A stretch of DNA of 62,629 bases from Octopus bimaculoides (GCF_001194135.2 NC_069006.1:4014423-4077051), one strand, 5' to 3'. Counted from the first letter of the stretch, positions 53,023 to 61,224 are shown. The notes: generated from the letters alone by a model not told the origin. Numbers and translations are program-made.

Positions 53023-56000
53023 NNNNNNNNNNNNNNNNNNNNNNNNNNNNNNNNNNNNNNNNNNNNNNNNNNNNNNNNNNNNNNNNNNNNNNNNNNNNNN
53101 NNNNNNNNNNNNNNNNNNNNNNNNNNNNNNNNNNNNNNNNNNNNNNNNNNNNNNNNNNNNNNNNNNNNNNNNNNNNNNNNNNNNNNNNNNNNNNNNNNNN
53201 NNNNNNNNNNNNNNNNNNNNNNNNNNNNNNNNNNNNNNNNNNNNNNNNNNNNNNNNNNNNNNNNNNNNNNNNNNNNNNNNNNNNNNNNNNNNNNNNNNNN
53301 NNNNNNNNNNNNNNNNNNNNNNNNNNNNNNNNNNNNNNNNNNNNNNNNNNNNNNNNNNNNNNNNNNNNNNNNNNNNNNNNNNNNNNNNNNNNNNNNNNNN
53401 NNNNNNNNNNNNNNNNNNNNNNNNNNNNNNNNNNNNNNNNNNNNNNTATATGTATAGCAAAATTTAGATTCAGATGAATATGCTACTTAAGTTACAGAAT
53501 TTAGTACGGTATTATCCATACAATTTCAAAGTAAGGTGATTAAAATCAAAATAAGCAACAAGGATATCCAGATTATATATATATATCGAACATTGTAAAT
53601 ATAATCCAATTTTTATTGTATATTTAAAATTGTAAATATTTAATCGATACAGCTACTTCACCCCTTTTATGTTTGTCTGTCCTTGTTCGTCCCGTCTTTG
53701 TAGTGCCTTTATGGCAAATATTTATGAAATAAAGTAGCTTGCTTACCAACCACATGGTTCCGGGTTCAGTCCCATTGCGTGGCATCTTGGGCAAGTGTCT
53801 TCTACTATAGCCTCGGGCCGACCAAAGTTTTGTGAGTGGATTTGGTAGAAGGAAATTGAAAGAAGCCCGTTGTATATATGTATATATATATATGTGTGTG
53901 TGTGTGTTTGTGTGTCTGTGTTTGTCCCCCTAGCATTGCTTGACAACCGATGCTGGTGTGTTTATGTCCCTGTTACGAAGCGGTTCGGCAAAAGAGACCG
54001 ATAGAATAAGTACTAGGCTTACAAAGAATAAGTCCCGTGTTCGATTTGCTCGACTAAAGGCGGTGCTCCAGCATGGCCGCAGTCAAATGACTGAAACAAG
54101 TAAAAGAGTAAAAGAGTACACCAAGAATTTGTCTTATGGTATGAGATTATCTCCCCTCCTCAAGCGGAGCTGCTCTCAACTGCTATTTGGTAATTTGAAG
54201 ATATCAAGAGCTTATGTTGTATATTATTTAATACACCTGTATTGTCTATGTTCTTCATGTACATGTCACTGGCCATCCTGCGTAATTACTCATACTCCAT
54301 TCCTTCTACTTCATACTATCCATGCTTCACAACACCACCGGGTCTACAAAATTCAACCGTTACTAATGGTTATACACTTATTTATAGAGAGTTTTGTAAT
54401 AAACTGTTATATTTTGTGGTTTAAATTCCTTTCTATTCTTCCATTTTTTTGTTTCTTTGACAGGAGAGCACTAGATGCATCAAATCAGGTTGCTGTACCT
54501 CTGATGGTTCACCACACTATCTCAAGTATCCCCGTTGTTGGTTCAGGTGAGTTTCATCCGTCAACATTAAATATTACTTGATACTTTAACTCGATGGGTT
54601 TTGGAAATAGCAGCCAAATCTCTCTCCAATTACAGGCGTGGCAATGTGGTTAAGAAGCTTGGTTCCCAAACTACATGGTCTTTGGTTCAGTCCTACGAGT
54701 GTCTTCTTTTATATCTCCTGATCAACCAAAGTTTTATGAGTGGATTTGGTAGACGAAATCAGATAGGGGCCGGTCGTGTGTGTGTATGTATATATACACA
54801 TACACATATACATATGTGTGTGTGTGTGTGTGTGTATTCCTTTGTGTTTGTATTTATCACCCACCATCGTTTGACATCCGGGGTTGGTTTGTTTCCGTTT
54901 CCGTAATTTATCAGTTCAGCAAAAGTGACTGACAGAATAACTATCAGGCTTAAAAAAAAAAAATACTGGGTCCATTGGTTCGACTAAACCCTTCAAGGTA
55001 GTGCCCAAACATGGCCGCAGTCCAAGGACTAATATAAGTAAAATGAAAGGAAAAAAGGGCTTTTGAAAAGAGAGAGAAGCATTAAGAAATCTAGTGTTTG
55101 ATACAGAATACCTGGACAATGGGCAGTGTAGCCATGGCTGAAGTACGTTTGACCATAGACCTGCTCAGACAAAGCCGATCTGGGGCCAAACATCGTGAAA
55201 GACAAGTCGTGGAACGGTGGTACAAAGCTTTCATCGTTAAACCGATTTCAATTCCTACTCCCTGATACGTTACTTCATTAATGCTTTTAGTGCTCCTCAG
55301 CAGTGATTCCTGATGGGCCGGGGGCTTTCCCTGACTTCATATCCTTAATTGCTTTATCTAGCAGGGTACTGTCGATTCAGGTAACTAGTCCCTCAATTGG
55401 ATCAACATTTGGCAGGCTCTCCTCCTCCCATTCTTTCTTCACATTCAGCAGTCTTTCATAATGGCATCTCCAAGCCTCTTTCTTTGCAGAATAAGACGAG
55501 GGGTGTTTTTTATCACTTCTCCATGAGTGAGGTTCTCACGTGGTAAATTACTCAGTATTCTATATTCTGACATAACATCCACATTTAAGTGGGGGATAAA
55601 TATTTAATATCAATACTGCTTCTCTCACTGTTATGTCCCGCATTATGACAACGTATTTCATCGTTTCTGCGGGACTGGCCCGAACAGCATACTTCGCTGA
55701 CTGACACTACCATCTATTGGTAGTGGGTTAGTCCACTTCTCACCTAGGGGCGTCCGCCACAACAGTCACTAATACTCTTTTACTCTTTTACTTCTTTCAG
55801 TCATTTGGCTGTGGCCATGCTGGAGCACCGCCTTTAGTCGAGCAAATCGACCCCAGGACTTATTCTTTGGATGCTTAGTACTTATTCTATCGGTCTCTTT
55901 TGCTGAACCGCTAAGTCACGGGGACGTAAACATACCAGCATCGGTTGTCAAGCGATGTTGGCGGGGTGGTGGGGAGACACAAACACAGACACACACNNNN

Positions 56001-57329
56001 NNNNNNNNNNNNNNNNNNNNNNNNNNNNNNNNNNNNNNNNNNNNNNNNNNNNNNNNNNNNNNNNNNNNNNNNNNNNNNNNNNNNNNNNNNNNNNNNNNNN
56101 NNNNNNNNNNNNNNNNNNNNNNNNNNNNNNNNNNNNNNNNNNNNNATATATATATATATATATATATACAACGGGCTTCTTTCAGTTTCCTTCTACCAAA
56201 TCCACTCACAAGGCTTTGGTAGGCCCGAGGCTATAGTAGAAGACACTTGCCCAAGGTTCCACGCAGTGGGAATGAACCTGGAACCATGTGGTTGGTAAGC
56301 AAGTTACTTAATAATAATTTTTTTTTAAATCTCTGTCACTATTTGCCACACCCGTGCCAGAATAGACACTGAGGTTTTAAGTATATCGCAGACGGTGGAA
56401 TTACTGCTACCTCAAGCCACGGATGTCTGCTGTTGACAAAGCCAAGGCCAGCGGCTGTAGCGGGCAGTTATCTCCCACTAGCGATATAAGTACCAGTAAT
56501 TATTTGCCCCACAAGTTCATAAGCGAGGTTCTCTCATGGCAAATAACACAGCATCATGTATTCTAATGCATCATCCACTTTTAAGCGGGATAAATATTAC
56601 CTTTTGGTATTAATACTGCTTCTGTCATTATTAATTATCCTGCAAAATCTTTGTGATAAGCGAACGATGTTACTGATTATCTTTATTTATTTTTCAGATA
56701 ACAAACTCAGCTGCCCCGGGGATTTACGTTGCGGAGATATTTACACGCACACCTATCACGGTCTACCCAGTACCATCATTGATGAAAAATCTGGCAACAT
56801 TCATTCTACGCTGTGGGATGCCAGGAAACGTGGCGTATTCTTTGATGTTGGTCACGGAGAAGGTTCGTTTACTTGGACTGTAGCTGAAATATGCGCCCAG
56901 AACGGTTTTTGGCCCGACATTATAAGCACCGACCTCCACAGCGGAAACACTGACGGACCTGCTTATGATTTGGTCACTGTTATGTCCAAGTTTCTTCACC
57001 TGGGTATGAGTATAGCCGATATTGTAAAGGCTGTTACTGAAACTCCAGCTCGTGCCATTCAGAAATCGGAAGATATTGGGAAGTTAGCGATTGGGCGAGA
57101 GGCTGATGTGACTGTGCTGAGAATCGAAGAGTGTGATGTAACCATGGAAGACAGCTATGGACAACAGAGACGCATCCGACAGAGAATCATTCCGGTGGCG
57201 GTTTTCAGGGCAGGAAAACTATACGAGGTTCGAACTCCCGATGTCTGGCCAAATATTGAGAAGGCTAAATTGCTGTCAGCTGGATGGAACGAGCTTGTCA
57301 TAAAGGACAAAGAAAAACCCCATTTTTAG
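3499..57329 (+). CDS. Spliced gene, 5'-partial: join(3499..3615,5791..5935,54464..54546,56698..57329). Metal-dependent amidohydrolase, dihydroorotase-like deacetylase (COG3964/Atu3266-like family)
   Basis: Exon phases chain 1-1, 1-2, 2-1, 1-stop (117+145+83+632 nt). The joined frame is open: [12 protein letters not shown]...GGGGECDSLN...VVGVKVRLS...YRRALDAS...PLMVHH...[10 protein letters not shown]...[13 protein letters not shown]...PDIISTDLH...GREADVTVL...KPHF*. Motifs fit the amidohydrolase TIM barrel: Lys in GVKVR, His in LMVHH and YTH, Asp in STDLH. Family assignment is from motif recall, not a database search. Confidence 0.88.
4222..4333. repeat. 37-bp tandem repeat, 2 full copies plus a partial one
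   Basis: CAAATGACTGAAGAGTAACTATCGAAATGACTGAAGA starts at 4222, 4259 and 4296. Confidence 0.9.
4929..5282 (+). mobile_element. SINE family 1 copy (tRNA head, CORE-like body, internal (TA)n/(TG)n, conserved 3' half)
   Basis: Head AGGCGCAGGAGTGGCTGTGTGG, body GACCAAAGCCTTGTGAGTGGATTTGGTAGACGGAAACTG, tail CAGCATGGCCGCAGTCAAATGA. More than 12 homologous copies lie in the window. Confidence 0.9.
5791..5935 (+). CDS. Amidohydrolase internal exon B ([48 protein letters not shown])
   Basis: Carries the GVKVR motif. Donor CG|gtaaag, phase 2. The acceptor is hidden in the N-gap ending at 5790, but G+GC gives the expected phase. Confidence 0.85.
6349..6408 (-). pseudogene. tRNA-Glu(CTC)-like pseudogene or fragment lacking a proper 5' acceptor strand
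   Basis: Reverse complement TAGTGGTTAAGATTCTACGTTCTCATCGCAGCGGCCGGGGTTCGACTCCCCGCATGGGAA parallels eukaryotic tRNA-Glu (CTC anticodon loop, GGTTCGA T-loop). The 5' end has decayed. Confidence 0.6.
7129..7975. repeat. About 50-bp inverted repeat pair (7129-7178 and 7923-7975) containing CCAAT and TATA-like motifs
   Basis: TTTAAAATCATATAAACCCCCTCCTGTTTTGTGATTGGCAAATGGTTTGG versus reverse complement TTTAAAATTATATATACCCCCTCTCCTGTTTTGTGATTGGTAAATGTTTTTGG. Confidence 0.75.
8530..9480. repeat. Degenerate AT-rich tandem array with a unit of about 150-157 bp, split by a SINE
   Basis: TTTGAAA(A/C)(T/C)AATGAA...GATCACTTTAA...TTTTGTTAC..TATTTCT..TGAAATA.ACTGTCT recurs near 8531, 9112 and 9269, with a partial unit near 9402. 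Confidence 0.65.
8682..9098 (-). mobile_element. SINE family 1, full-length copy
   Basis: Reverse complement of the full consensus, including the internal microsatellite. Confidence 0.9.
12958..12999 (+). ncRNA. Minimal type I hammerhead-ribozyme-like motif (probably inactive; Penelope-type)
   Basis: TTACAG-TTGAAAA-GATC(TCAAG)GATC-GAAA-CCGG-T-G-CTGTAA: perfect 6-bp stem I, 4-bp stem II, palindromic ACCGGT stem III, U3-A8 in place of C3-G8, and G at position 17. Confidence 0.5.
13434..13475. repeat. Perfect 42-bp palindrome
   Basis: CACATCGACTCCATT-ATATATATATAT-AATGGAGTCGATGTG. Confidence 0.95.
13760..14060 (-). mobile_element. Possible decayed non-LTR RT fragment (R4/Dong-like)
   Basis: Translation ...[14 protein letters not shown]... 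resembles the HP(K/R)SSVERLYLPRxxGGRG motif. It is frameshifted and rests on a single motif. Confidence 0.3.
15548..16420 (+). mobile_element. Internally deleted Tc1/mariner transposon, DD37D (maT-type) transposase pseudogene
   Basis: N-terminal [11 protein letters not shown]...[11 protein letters not shown] is fused to [19 protein letters not shown]...[11 protein letters not shown]...[10 protein letters not shown]. There are 37 residues between the second and third catalytic positions, plus stops and frameshifts. 3' end ...GACAATTCATTCACCATATCCTG|TA; partial 5' TIR AATTGTCACC. Confidence 0.85.
17060..17810. repeat. Long pyrimidine-rich (CT) low-complexity tract
   Basis: Direct inspection. 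Similar purine/pyrimidine tracts lie at 6620-6990, 27860-28180 and 32200-32700. Confidence 0.85.
18701..19066 (+). mobile_element. SINE family 1, near full-length copy
   Basis: A-box-like TGGCTGTGTGG, B-box-like GGTTCAGTCCC, internal (TA)(TG)n, conserved tail. Confidence 0.9.
19069..19277. mobile_element. Foldback or MITE-like element with perfect 58-bp inverted arms and a 93-bp spacer
   Basis: 19069-19126 (ATATATATAAAATATATAGTTTTAGGGAAAATAACCAAGTTTCAAGAACTCATCGATG) is the exact reverse complement of 19220-19277. Confidence 0.8.
21353..21660 (-). mobile_element. Retroposon family 2 copy with a (GAT)n 3' tail (RTE-like 3' end or SINE)
   Basis: CATCATCGTTTAACGTCCGCTTTCCATGCTAGCATG...GGATGC(C/T)CTTCCTAACGCCAACCACTC. 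Homologous copies at 22790-23120 (opposite strand), 25870-26218 and 35611-35791. Confidence 0.8.
21997..22403 (+). mobile_element. SINE family 1, full-length copy with an (AGTAAAG)n tail
   Basis: Matches the in-window consensus. Confidence 0.9.
22790..23120 (+). mobile_element. Retroposon family 2 copy
   Basis: Ends GGAAAGCGGACGTTAAACGATGATGATGATG; reverse complement of 21353-21660. Confidence 0.8.
23132..23810 (-). mobile_element. Cluster of SINE family 3 copies interleaved with (GAT)n/(TAA)n
   Basis: Repeated ATCGACCCC..AAAGGATGAAAGGCAAAGTTGACCTCGG.GGAATTTGAACTCAGAAC. Head (reverse complement) GGCGAGCTGGCAGAATCGTTAG with B-box-like GAGTTCAAATTCC. Confidence 0.8.
25741..25869 (+). mobile_element. 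3' half of a mariner-derived MITE (5' part lies in the gap)
   Basis: Diverged copy of 26312-26441. Confidence 0.7.
25870..26218 (-). mobile_element. Retroposon family 2 copy
   Basis: Homologous to 21353-21660. Confidence 0.8.
26221..26441 (+). mobile_element. Mariner-derived MITE, about 220 bp, with TIRs of about 30 bp and TA target duplication
   Basis: 5' TACGAGGGGGCACTGAAAAGTTCCTGGCTTT; 3' reverse complement TACGAGGGGGTGCTGAAAAATTCTTGGCTTT. The internal remnant [20 protein letters not shown] matches a mariner transposase C-terminus. Confidence 0.88.
30013..30426 (-). mobile_element. SINE family 1, full-length copy
   Basis: Reverse complement of the consensus. Confidence 0.9.
30812..32202 (+). 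mobile_element. SINE family 1 copy whose internal microsatellite spans an assembly gap
   Basis: Head and core at 30812-31001, N-gap, then the 3' half at 31962-32202. Confidence 0.85.
32756..32958 (+). mobile_element. Tx1/L1-type LINE ORF2 C-terminal fragment (zf-RVT region), running into a gap
   Basis: GC-rich island translating ...[29 protein letters not shown], which fits the W..(..)LP....L.RHG.....CP pattern of L1/Tx1 ORF2 ends. Confidence 0.65.
35611..35791 (-). mobile_element. Retroposon family 2, 3' fragment
   Basis: Homologous to 21353-21530. Confidence 0.8.
37330..37885. repeat. Unclassified interspersed repeat of about 550 bp
   Basis: Bounded by (ATT)n. A diverged copy of its first ~75 bp lies at 38763-38838. 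Confidence 0.5.
37920..38229 (-). mobile_element. 5'-truncated R4/Dong-clade non-LTR retrotransposon 3' end (restriction-like endonuclease C-terminus) inserted in (TAA)n
   Basis: Open frame 38229->38017: [70 protein letters not shown]. (ATT)n arrays flank both sides. Confidence 0.8.
38271..38744 (+). mobile_element. Two tandem SINE family 3 copies separated by (ATT)n
   Basis: Heads at 38271 and 38551 (GAGCTGGCAGAAT); tails ...AGTAGAAAGGATTATT. Confidence 0.82.
39520..40320. repeat. About 26-bp minisatellite (CATTCCTCCACTCAACTCACACTTGA)n with a 133-bp higher-order duplication
   Basis: Roughly 30 degenerate units; the variant block CACTCTACATTCTTCCACTCAACATTCC.. starts at both 39891 and 40024. 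Confidence 0.9.
41891..42129 (-). mobile_element. Fragment encoding two C2H2 zinc fingers, most likely an RTE-type LINE ORF2 3' end
   Basis: [22 protein letters not shown] and [21 protein letters not shown], both C-x2-C-x12-H-x3-H. No TGEKP linker; cut off upstream by (TA)n. Confidence 0.6.
42395..43250 (-). mobile_element. Decayed Penelope-like element, RT fragment
   Basis: Interrupted translation [17 protein letters not shown]...FYRDD...RKRNIWFNP...NVATNI...[14 protein letters not shown] fits Penelope RT motifs FDVTMGSYDGAEVCELVG, GLYRDD, RNIIWFNPP and KIFNRNTVKVSYSC. Confidence 0.75.
44270..44478 (-). mobile_element. SINE family 3 copy
   Basis: Matches the family 3 consensus. Further fragments lie at 26530-26760, 36440-36540, 37095-37240, 43900-44110 and 62180-62350. 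Confidence 0.8.
45518..45850 (-). mobile_element. Diverged SINE family 1 relative
   Basis: Recognisable tail TTACTTGTTTCAGTCATTG..CTGCAGCCATGCTGGAGCAC and head GGGACTGAACCCG. Confidence 0.7.
47177..47457. mobile_element. 281-bp foldback MITE (Mutator/MULE-like) with a 9-bp TSD and internal telomeric-repeat arms
   Basis: Both ends read GGTACTACTAAAG inward. The TSD CAGAAGTTT lies at 47168-47176 and 47458-47466. The arms continue into (CCCTAA)n on the left and (TTAGGG)n on the right around a spacer of about 25 bp. Confidence 0.9.
47602..47614 (+). promoter_or_regulatory. CTCF-like core motif CCACTAGATGGCA
   Basis: Matches the CCASYAGRKGGCR consensus; motif only. Confidence 0.35.
51362..51499 (-). 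mobile_element. SINE family 1, head and core fragment
   Basis: Reverse complement of the 5' half. Confidence 0.8.
53732..54118 (+). mobile_element. SINE family 1 copy upstream of exon C
   Basis: Matches the consensus; it accounts for the N-terminus of the track ORF 53940..54581. Confidence 0.88.
54464..54546 (+). CDS. Amidohydrolase internal exon C ([27 protein letters not shown])
   Basis: Acceptor tttttttgtttctttgacag|, donor CAG|gtgagt. Phase 2-1 bridges exon B and the last exon exactly. PLMVHH metal-ligand motif. Confidence 0.87.
54632..55045 (+). mobile_element. Diverged SINE family 1 copy
   Basis: Head AGGCGTGGCAATGTGG, core GTGGATTTGGTAGACG, internal (TG)n, tail. Confidence 0.75.
55290..55490 (-). 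mobile_element. RTE-type LINE fragment, N-terminal to the RT
   Basis: [17 protein letters not shown]...[27 protein letters not shown], containing the typical KAPGPxGI.AE motif, with an internal stop. Confidence 0.75.
55772..56309 (-). mobile_element. SINE family 1 copy with a gap in the internal microsatellite
   Basis: Reverse-complement tail at 55772-55996, N-gap, head at 56146-56309. Confidence 0.87.
56698..57329 (+). CDS. Amidohydrolase terminal coding exon (about 210 aa, C-terminal half of the barrel)
   Basis: Acceptor ctttatttatttttcag|, phase 1. Motifs [39 protein letters not shown] stop at 57327-57329. Confidence 0.92.
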
Positions 57330-57380
57330 TTTATCACTTGCGATTATTGCATTGTTATTGTCTCTCTCACTCTGTCTATG

Positions 57381-57411
<31 letters not shown>

Positions 57412-57601
57412 ACACATATATATATATATATATAAAAGGCGACTCCAGGTCATCAGCTTCAATTGGGCTTATCACAGATTTCGCATAAGACACATGCCTG
57501 CTCAAAGAATTTCACGTTTTCCCACATTATTTCTAACCCCAAATGGCTTTTTAAAAAATATCTAGCACTATGTCTTTCTCCATTTCTAAGTTCAGGGTAA
57601 A

Positions 57602-57607
57602 AATAAA
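57602..57607 (+). promoter_or_regulatory. Candidate polyadenylation signal AATAAA
   Basis: AATAAA about 270 nt after the stop codon; the hexamer is common in AT-rich DNA. Confidence 0.3.
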
Positions 57608-58723
57608 GCCACCCTGCAAAACACAACTCATCTTTACACATAAATGCGCAAAATAACAGCAAACAAATAACAACAGTGGAGCGCACAACCAACATCAACG
57701 ATCTGNNNNNNNNNNNNNNNNNNNNNNNNNNNNNNNNNNNNNNNNNNNNNNNNNNNNNNNNNNNNNNNNNNNNNNNNNNNNNNNNNNNNNNNNNNNNNNN
57801 NNNNNNNNNNNNNNNNNNNNNNNNNNNNNNNNNNNNNNNNNNNNNNNNNNNNNNNNNNNNNNNNNNNNNNNNNNNNNNNNNNNNNNNNNNNNNNNNNNNN
57901 NNNNNNNNNNNNNNNNNNNNNNNNNNNNNNNNNNNNNNNNNNNNNNNNNNNNNNNNNNNNNNNNNNNNNNNNNNNNNNNNNNNNNNNNNNNNNNNNNNNN
58001 NNNNNNNNNNNNNNNNNNNNNNNNNNNNNNNNNNNNNNNNNNNNNNNNNNNNNNNNNNNNNNNNNNNNNNNNNNNNNNNNNNNNNNNNNNNNNNNNNNNN
58101 NNNNNNNNNNNNNNNNNNNNNNNNNNNNNNNNNNNNNNNNNNNNNNNNNNNNNNNNNNNNNNNNNNNNNNNNNNNNNNNNNNNNNNNNNNNNNNNNNNNN
58201 NNNNNNNNNNNNNNNNNNNNNNNNNNNNNNNNNNNNNNNNNNNNNNNNNNNNNNNNNNNNNNNNNNNNNNNNNNNNNNNNNNNNNNNNNNNNNNNNNNNN
58301 NNNNNNNNNNNNNNNNNNNNNNNNNNNNNNNNNNNNNNNNNNNNNNNNNNNNNNNNNNNNNNNNNNNNNNNNNNNNNNNNNNNNNNNNNNNNNNNNNNNN
58401 NNNNNNNNNNNNNNNNNNNNNNNNNNNNNNNNNNNNNNNNNNNNNNNNNNNNNNNNNNNNNNNNNNNNNNNNNNNNNNNNNNNNNNNNNNNNNNNNNNNN
58501 NNNNNNNNNNNNNNNNNNNNNNNNNNNNNNNNNNNNNNNNNNNNNNNNNNNNNNNNNNNNNNNNNNNNNNNNNNNNNNNNNNNNNNNNNNNNNNNNNNNN
58601 NNNNNNNNNNNNNNNNNNNNNNNNNNNNNNNNNNNNNNNNNNNNNNNNNNNNNNNNNNNNNNNNNNNNNNNNNNNNNNNNNNNNNNNNNNNNNNNNNATA
58701 TATATATATATATATATATATAC

Positions 58724-58875
58724 ATATGGCCGTTCCATGGGGTTACCCTGGGTTTCACGTCCATCAAGCGCTTAGCTCTACACCGTTTCTTCACACTGTA
58801 AACCCCAAAGAAACGCCGTAAAGCTAAGCGTTTTATGGGCACGAAACCCAAGGGAACCCCATAGACCGGCCATAT
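58724..58875. mobile_element. 152-bp palindromic element (arms of about 66 bp, about 80% complementary, short loop); MITE-like
   Basis: ATATGGCCGTTCCATGGGGTTACCCTGGGTTTC... versus reverse complement ATATGGCCGGTCTATGGGGTTCCCTTGGGTTTC... Confidence 0.75.
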
Positions 58876-61224
58876 CTATCTTTGTCTATATATTCTACTG
58901 CTCTATAACTTAGAGCATGCTTTTCTTTCGGATATATGATTTACTGAATATATATATATCTATATATGCAGGTGAGACAAAATCTTGCACAAAATAAGTT
59001 CAATATACTCCAGAATTGTCAAAGACATGCTTTAATTTTCCTAAAATTGAAGAAAAATGAATGAAATAATGATGAATAGACACGTACTTGCACGAGGTGA
59101 ACAAAATGAATAATAATAATATCATATATCAATGTAGTAATTAATTGATAACACTCTAATGTGTTGTTGATTAAGAACGACTTATTCTTGACTTCGCTAA
59201 AACACGAGACACGCCTTATTGTCTTAACGAGGACTTCTGTCTTCTCCCACCGAAATATAGAGTGCTACATATATTTTTCTAATGATAATTTTTAGATTGT
59301 ATTTTTGATTATAAATTTTTAAAAACACGATGAAATAAAAGTAAACTGAATATATTATAATTACCTTTTTTTGTCATAATGGATGTATATATGTATGTTG
59401 TATGTATTATGTATGTATATAAGGCAATAAGTACAGGTTTTATACATACATGTGTGTGTATGTATGTATGTATATATATATATATATATATAAAATTTAT
59501 TAATAAGGGTAGAAATTGATATTAATCAATTAAAACCAGTGGTCTAGCATATTTAAAAAAAAATCCGAAGATTAAAATTATATTAGCATATAGGAGTCGA
59601 CTTTTGCTGGTCATTCCTCTTATTTTTGTGTGTGTATATATATNNNNNNNNNNNNNNNNNNNNNNNNNNNNNNNNNNNNNNNNNNNNNNNNNNNNNNNNN
59701 NNNNNNNNNNNNNNNNNNNNNNNNNNNNNNNNNNNNNNNNNNNNNNNNNNNNNNNNNNNNNNNNNNNNNTATATATATATATATATATATATATATGTTC
59801 ATATCACGTGTTATACAATGATGATGTAAGCATGGTGTAGATATTCATGTGGTGGTGCTCAGAGTAATCCAAAACCAAAACTCCGTCTATTAGTTTGAAG
59901 TAGAAAATCTGATGTAAGAATGATCTTTGTTGGGCGGATATGGAATCATTAAAAAACAAAGAAACAATAACAGATGTAAGGAATGTATTCACATGGAAAG
60001 TTGTGTATAGATTTTAATTATGTAATCAAGTTTTATCTTTACATCTGTTTCAAATAATCGATGACTGGTATCTGATTCGTGCATATTATGTAATGAAATC
60101 CAATATTATTGTAAATGTATGGACTAATATGGATTTTGAAAGACACATGGGATGAAGTCATGTTATTCTCATCAGAAGGTACTTGCAAATAGTTTAGAGA
60201 ATAGTGATTATAAATATATTCAATAAGATTAGAAAAATGAGAAGAGGAGGAATTATAGTGAAAAGTATAAAGGTAAGGAAGAGGAGAAGAGAGAAAATAA
60301 TAGAGTGGTCGAGAGGGAGTAATTTGAAAACCTTAATTATTAGACCTACTCCACCAGAATTTACATTGCAACGATCAACCTTAAATGCCGATTTGTTGCA
60401 TATCTGAGCTTGTTTTCAAACGAGATCTATCCCACTCGCTACCAACATTCACCATCTCAAAGCTGATGGTATTCTCCATATTTTGTGGTCCATAATTAAA
60501 AATGGAACACGGTATACAGGAAGCTGATTACCTTGTGATTTACGCTGCCAAAAGAACTCTCCTTATATTACATGAAAATGAACACTTTAGACTTCCCTGA
60601 CGTAATTACTTTATGCTGTCATTGGTATTACGAAACTTTTTCTTATTACTGTAAATCATTAAGTTCTATTCCCCCCTCTATCCCGTTGCTATTCTACTTC
60701 TTTGGTTTCTTCTTAACTACTATATTTAACTACATTTAGTAATATTCTTTAATAAACACCCATTGGTGTTTCCCAACTCTTCCCTCTTTCATCAACACGT
60801 CGCCACATCAGCTTTGTCTCGAATTTTCAACGCATGTATTTATATATCTTTATCTCTGACGATTTTAATTAGTTACAATTGTGTAAATGCATAAATATGC
60901 GAAGGAAATTTTATTTAAAAAATTTTAGAAATAAATAATGTGGGACGGGAGACTTATTCTGAAACTTTGCCTTCTTTCTAAACATAAATATTAAACTCAT
61001 TATGGATAATTAAATTGTATAAAATAATTGGTTTAGCATTACGAGAGTGTTTTGGAAGCGTGGCTTTATCAAATGCCAGTTATCTTCAATGCAGCCATGT
61101 CCAATGGCAGTCAGTTTCAATGTGGTCTTCTTACAAAAAAGGCTCCTACCTATGGAGAAAAATCCAGAATGACTGCAGACCAATGTTTGAAATCAGCATT
61201 ATCAACATAAATGAGGAAAGGAAT

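Noticed and set aside
5936-54463. Conserved intronic miRNAs or snoRNAs
   Set aside because: I saw only seed-length matches (for example miR-31-like AGGCAAGATG near 6672) without hairpins, and no convincing C/D or H/ACA pairs. Infernal or miRDeep would be needed.
56556-56697. N-terminal 47 aa of track ORF 56556..57329 as a real start or signal peptide
   Set aside because: It lies upstream of a strong acceptor at 56697, overlaps a duplicated intronic segment, and has no family similarity; exon C supplies the correct upstream sequence.
56698-57329. Bacterial contaminant contig
   Set aside because: The exon is joined by phase-consistent GT-AG introns to three other exons and is surrounded by host SINEs and microsatellites.
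3499-57329. Calling the gene pyrC or CAD dihydroorotase
   Set aside because: It is a stand-alone protein whose motifs fit the dihydroorotase-like deacetylase family. Activity is unproven, so no symbol is given.
59860-60420. Possible decayed L1/APE-endonuclease fragment on the - strand
   Set aside because: Only vague motif resemblance; too eroded to support without a search.
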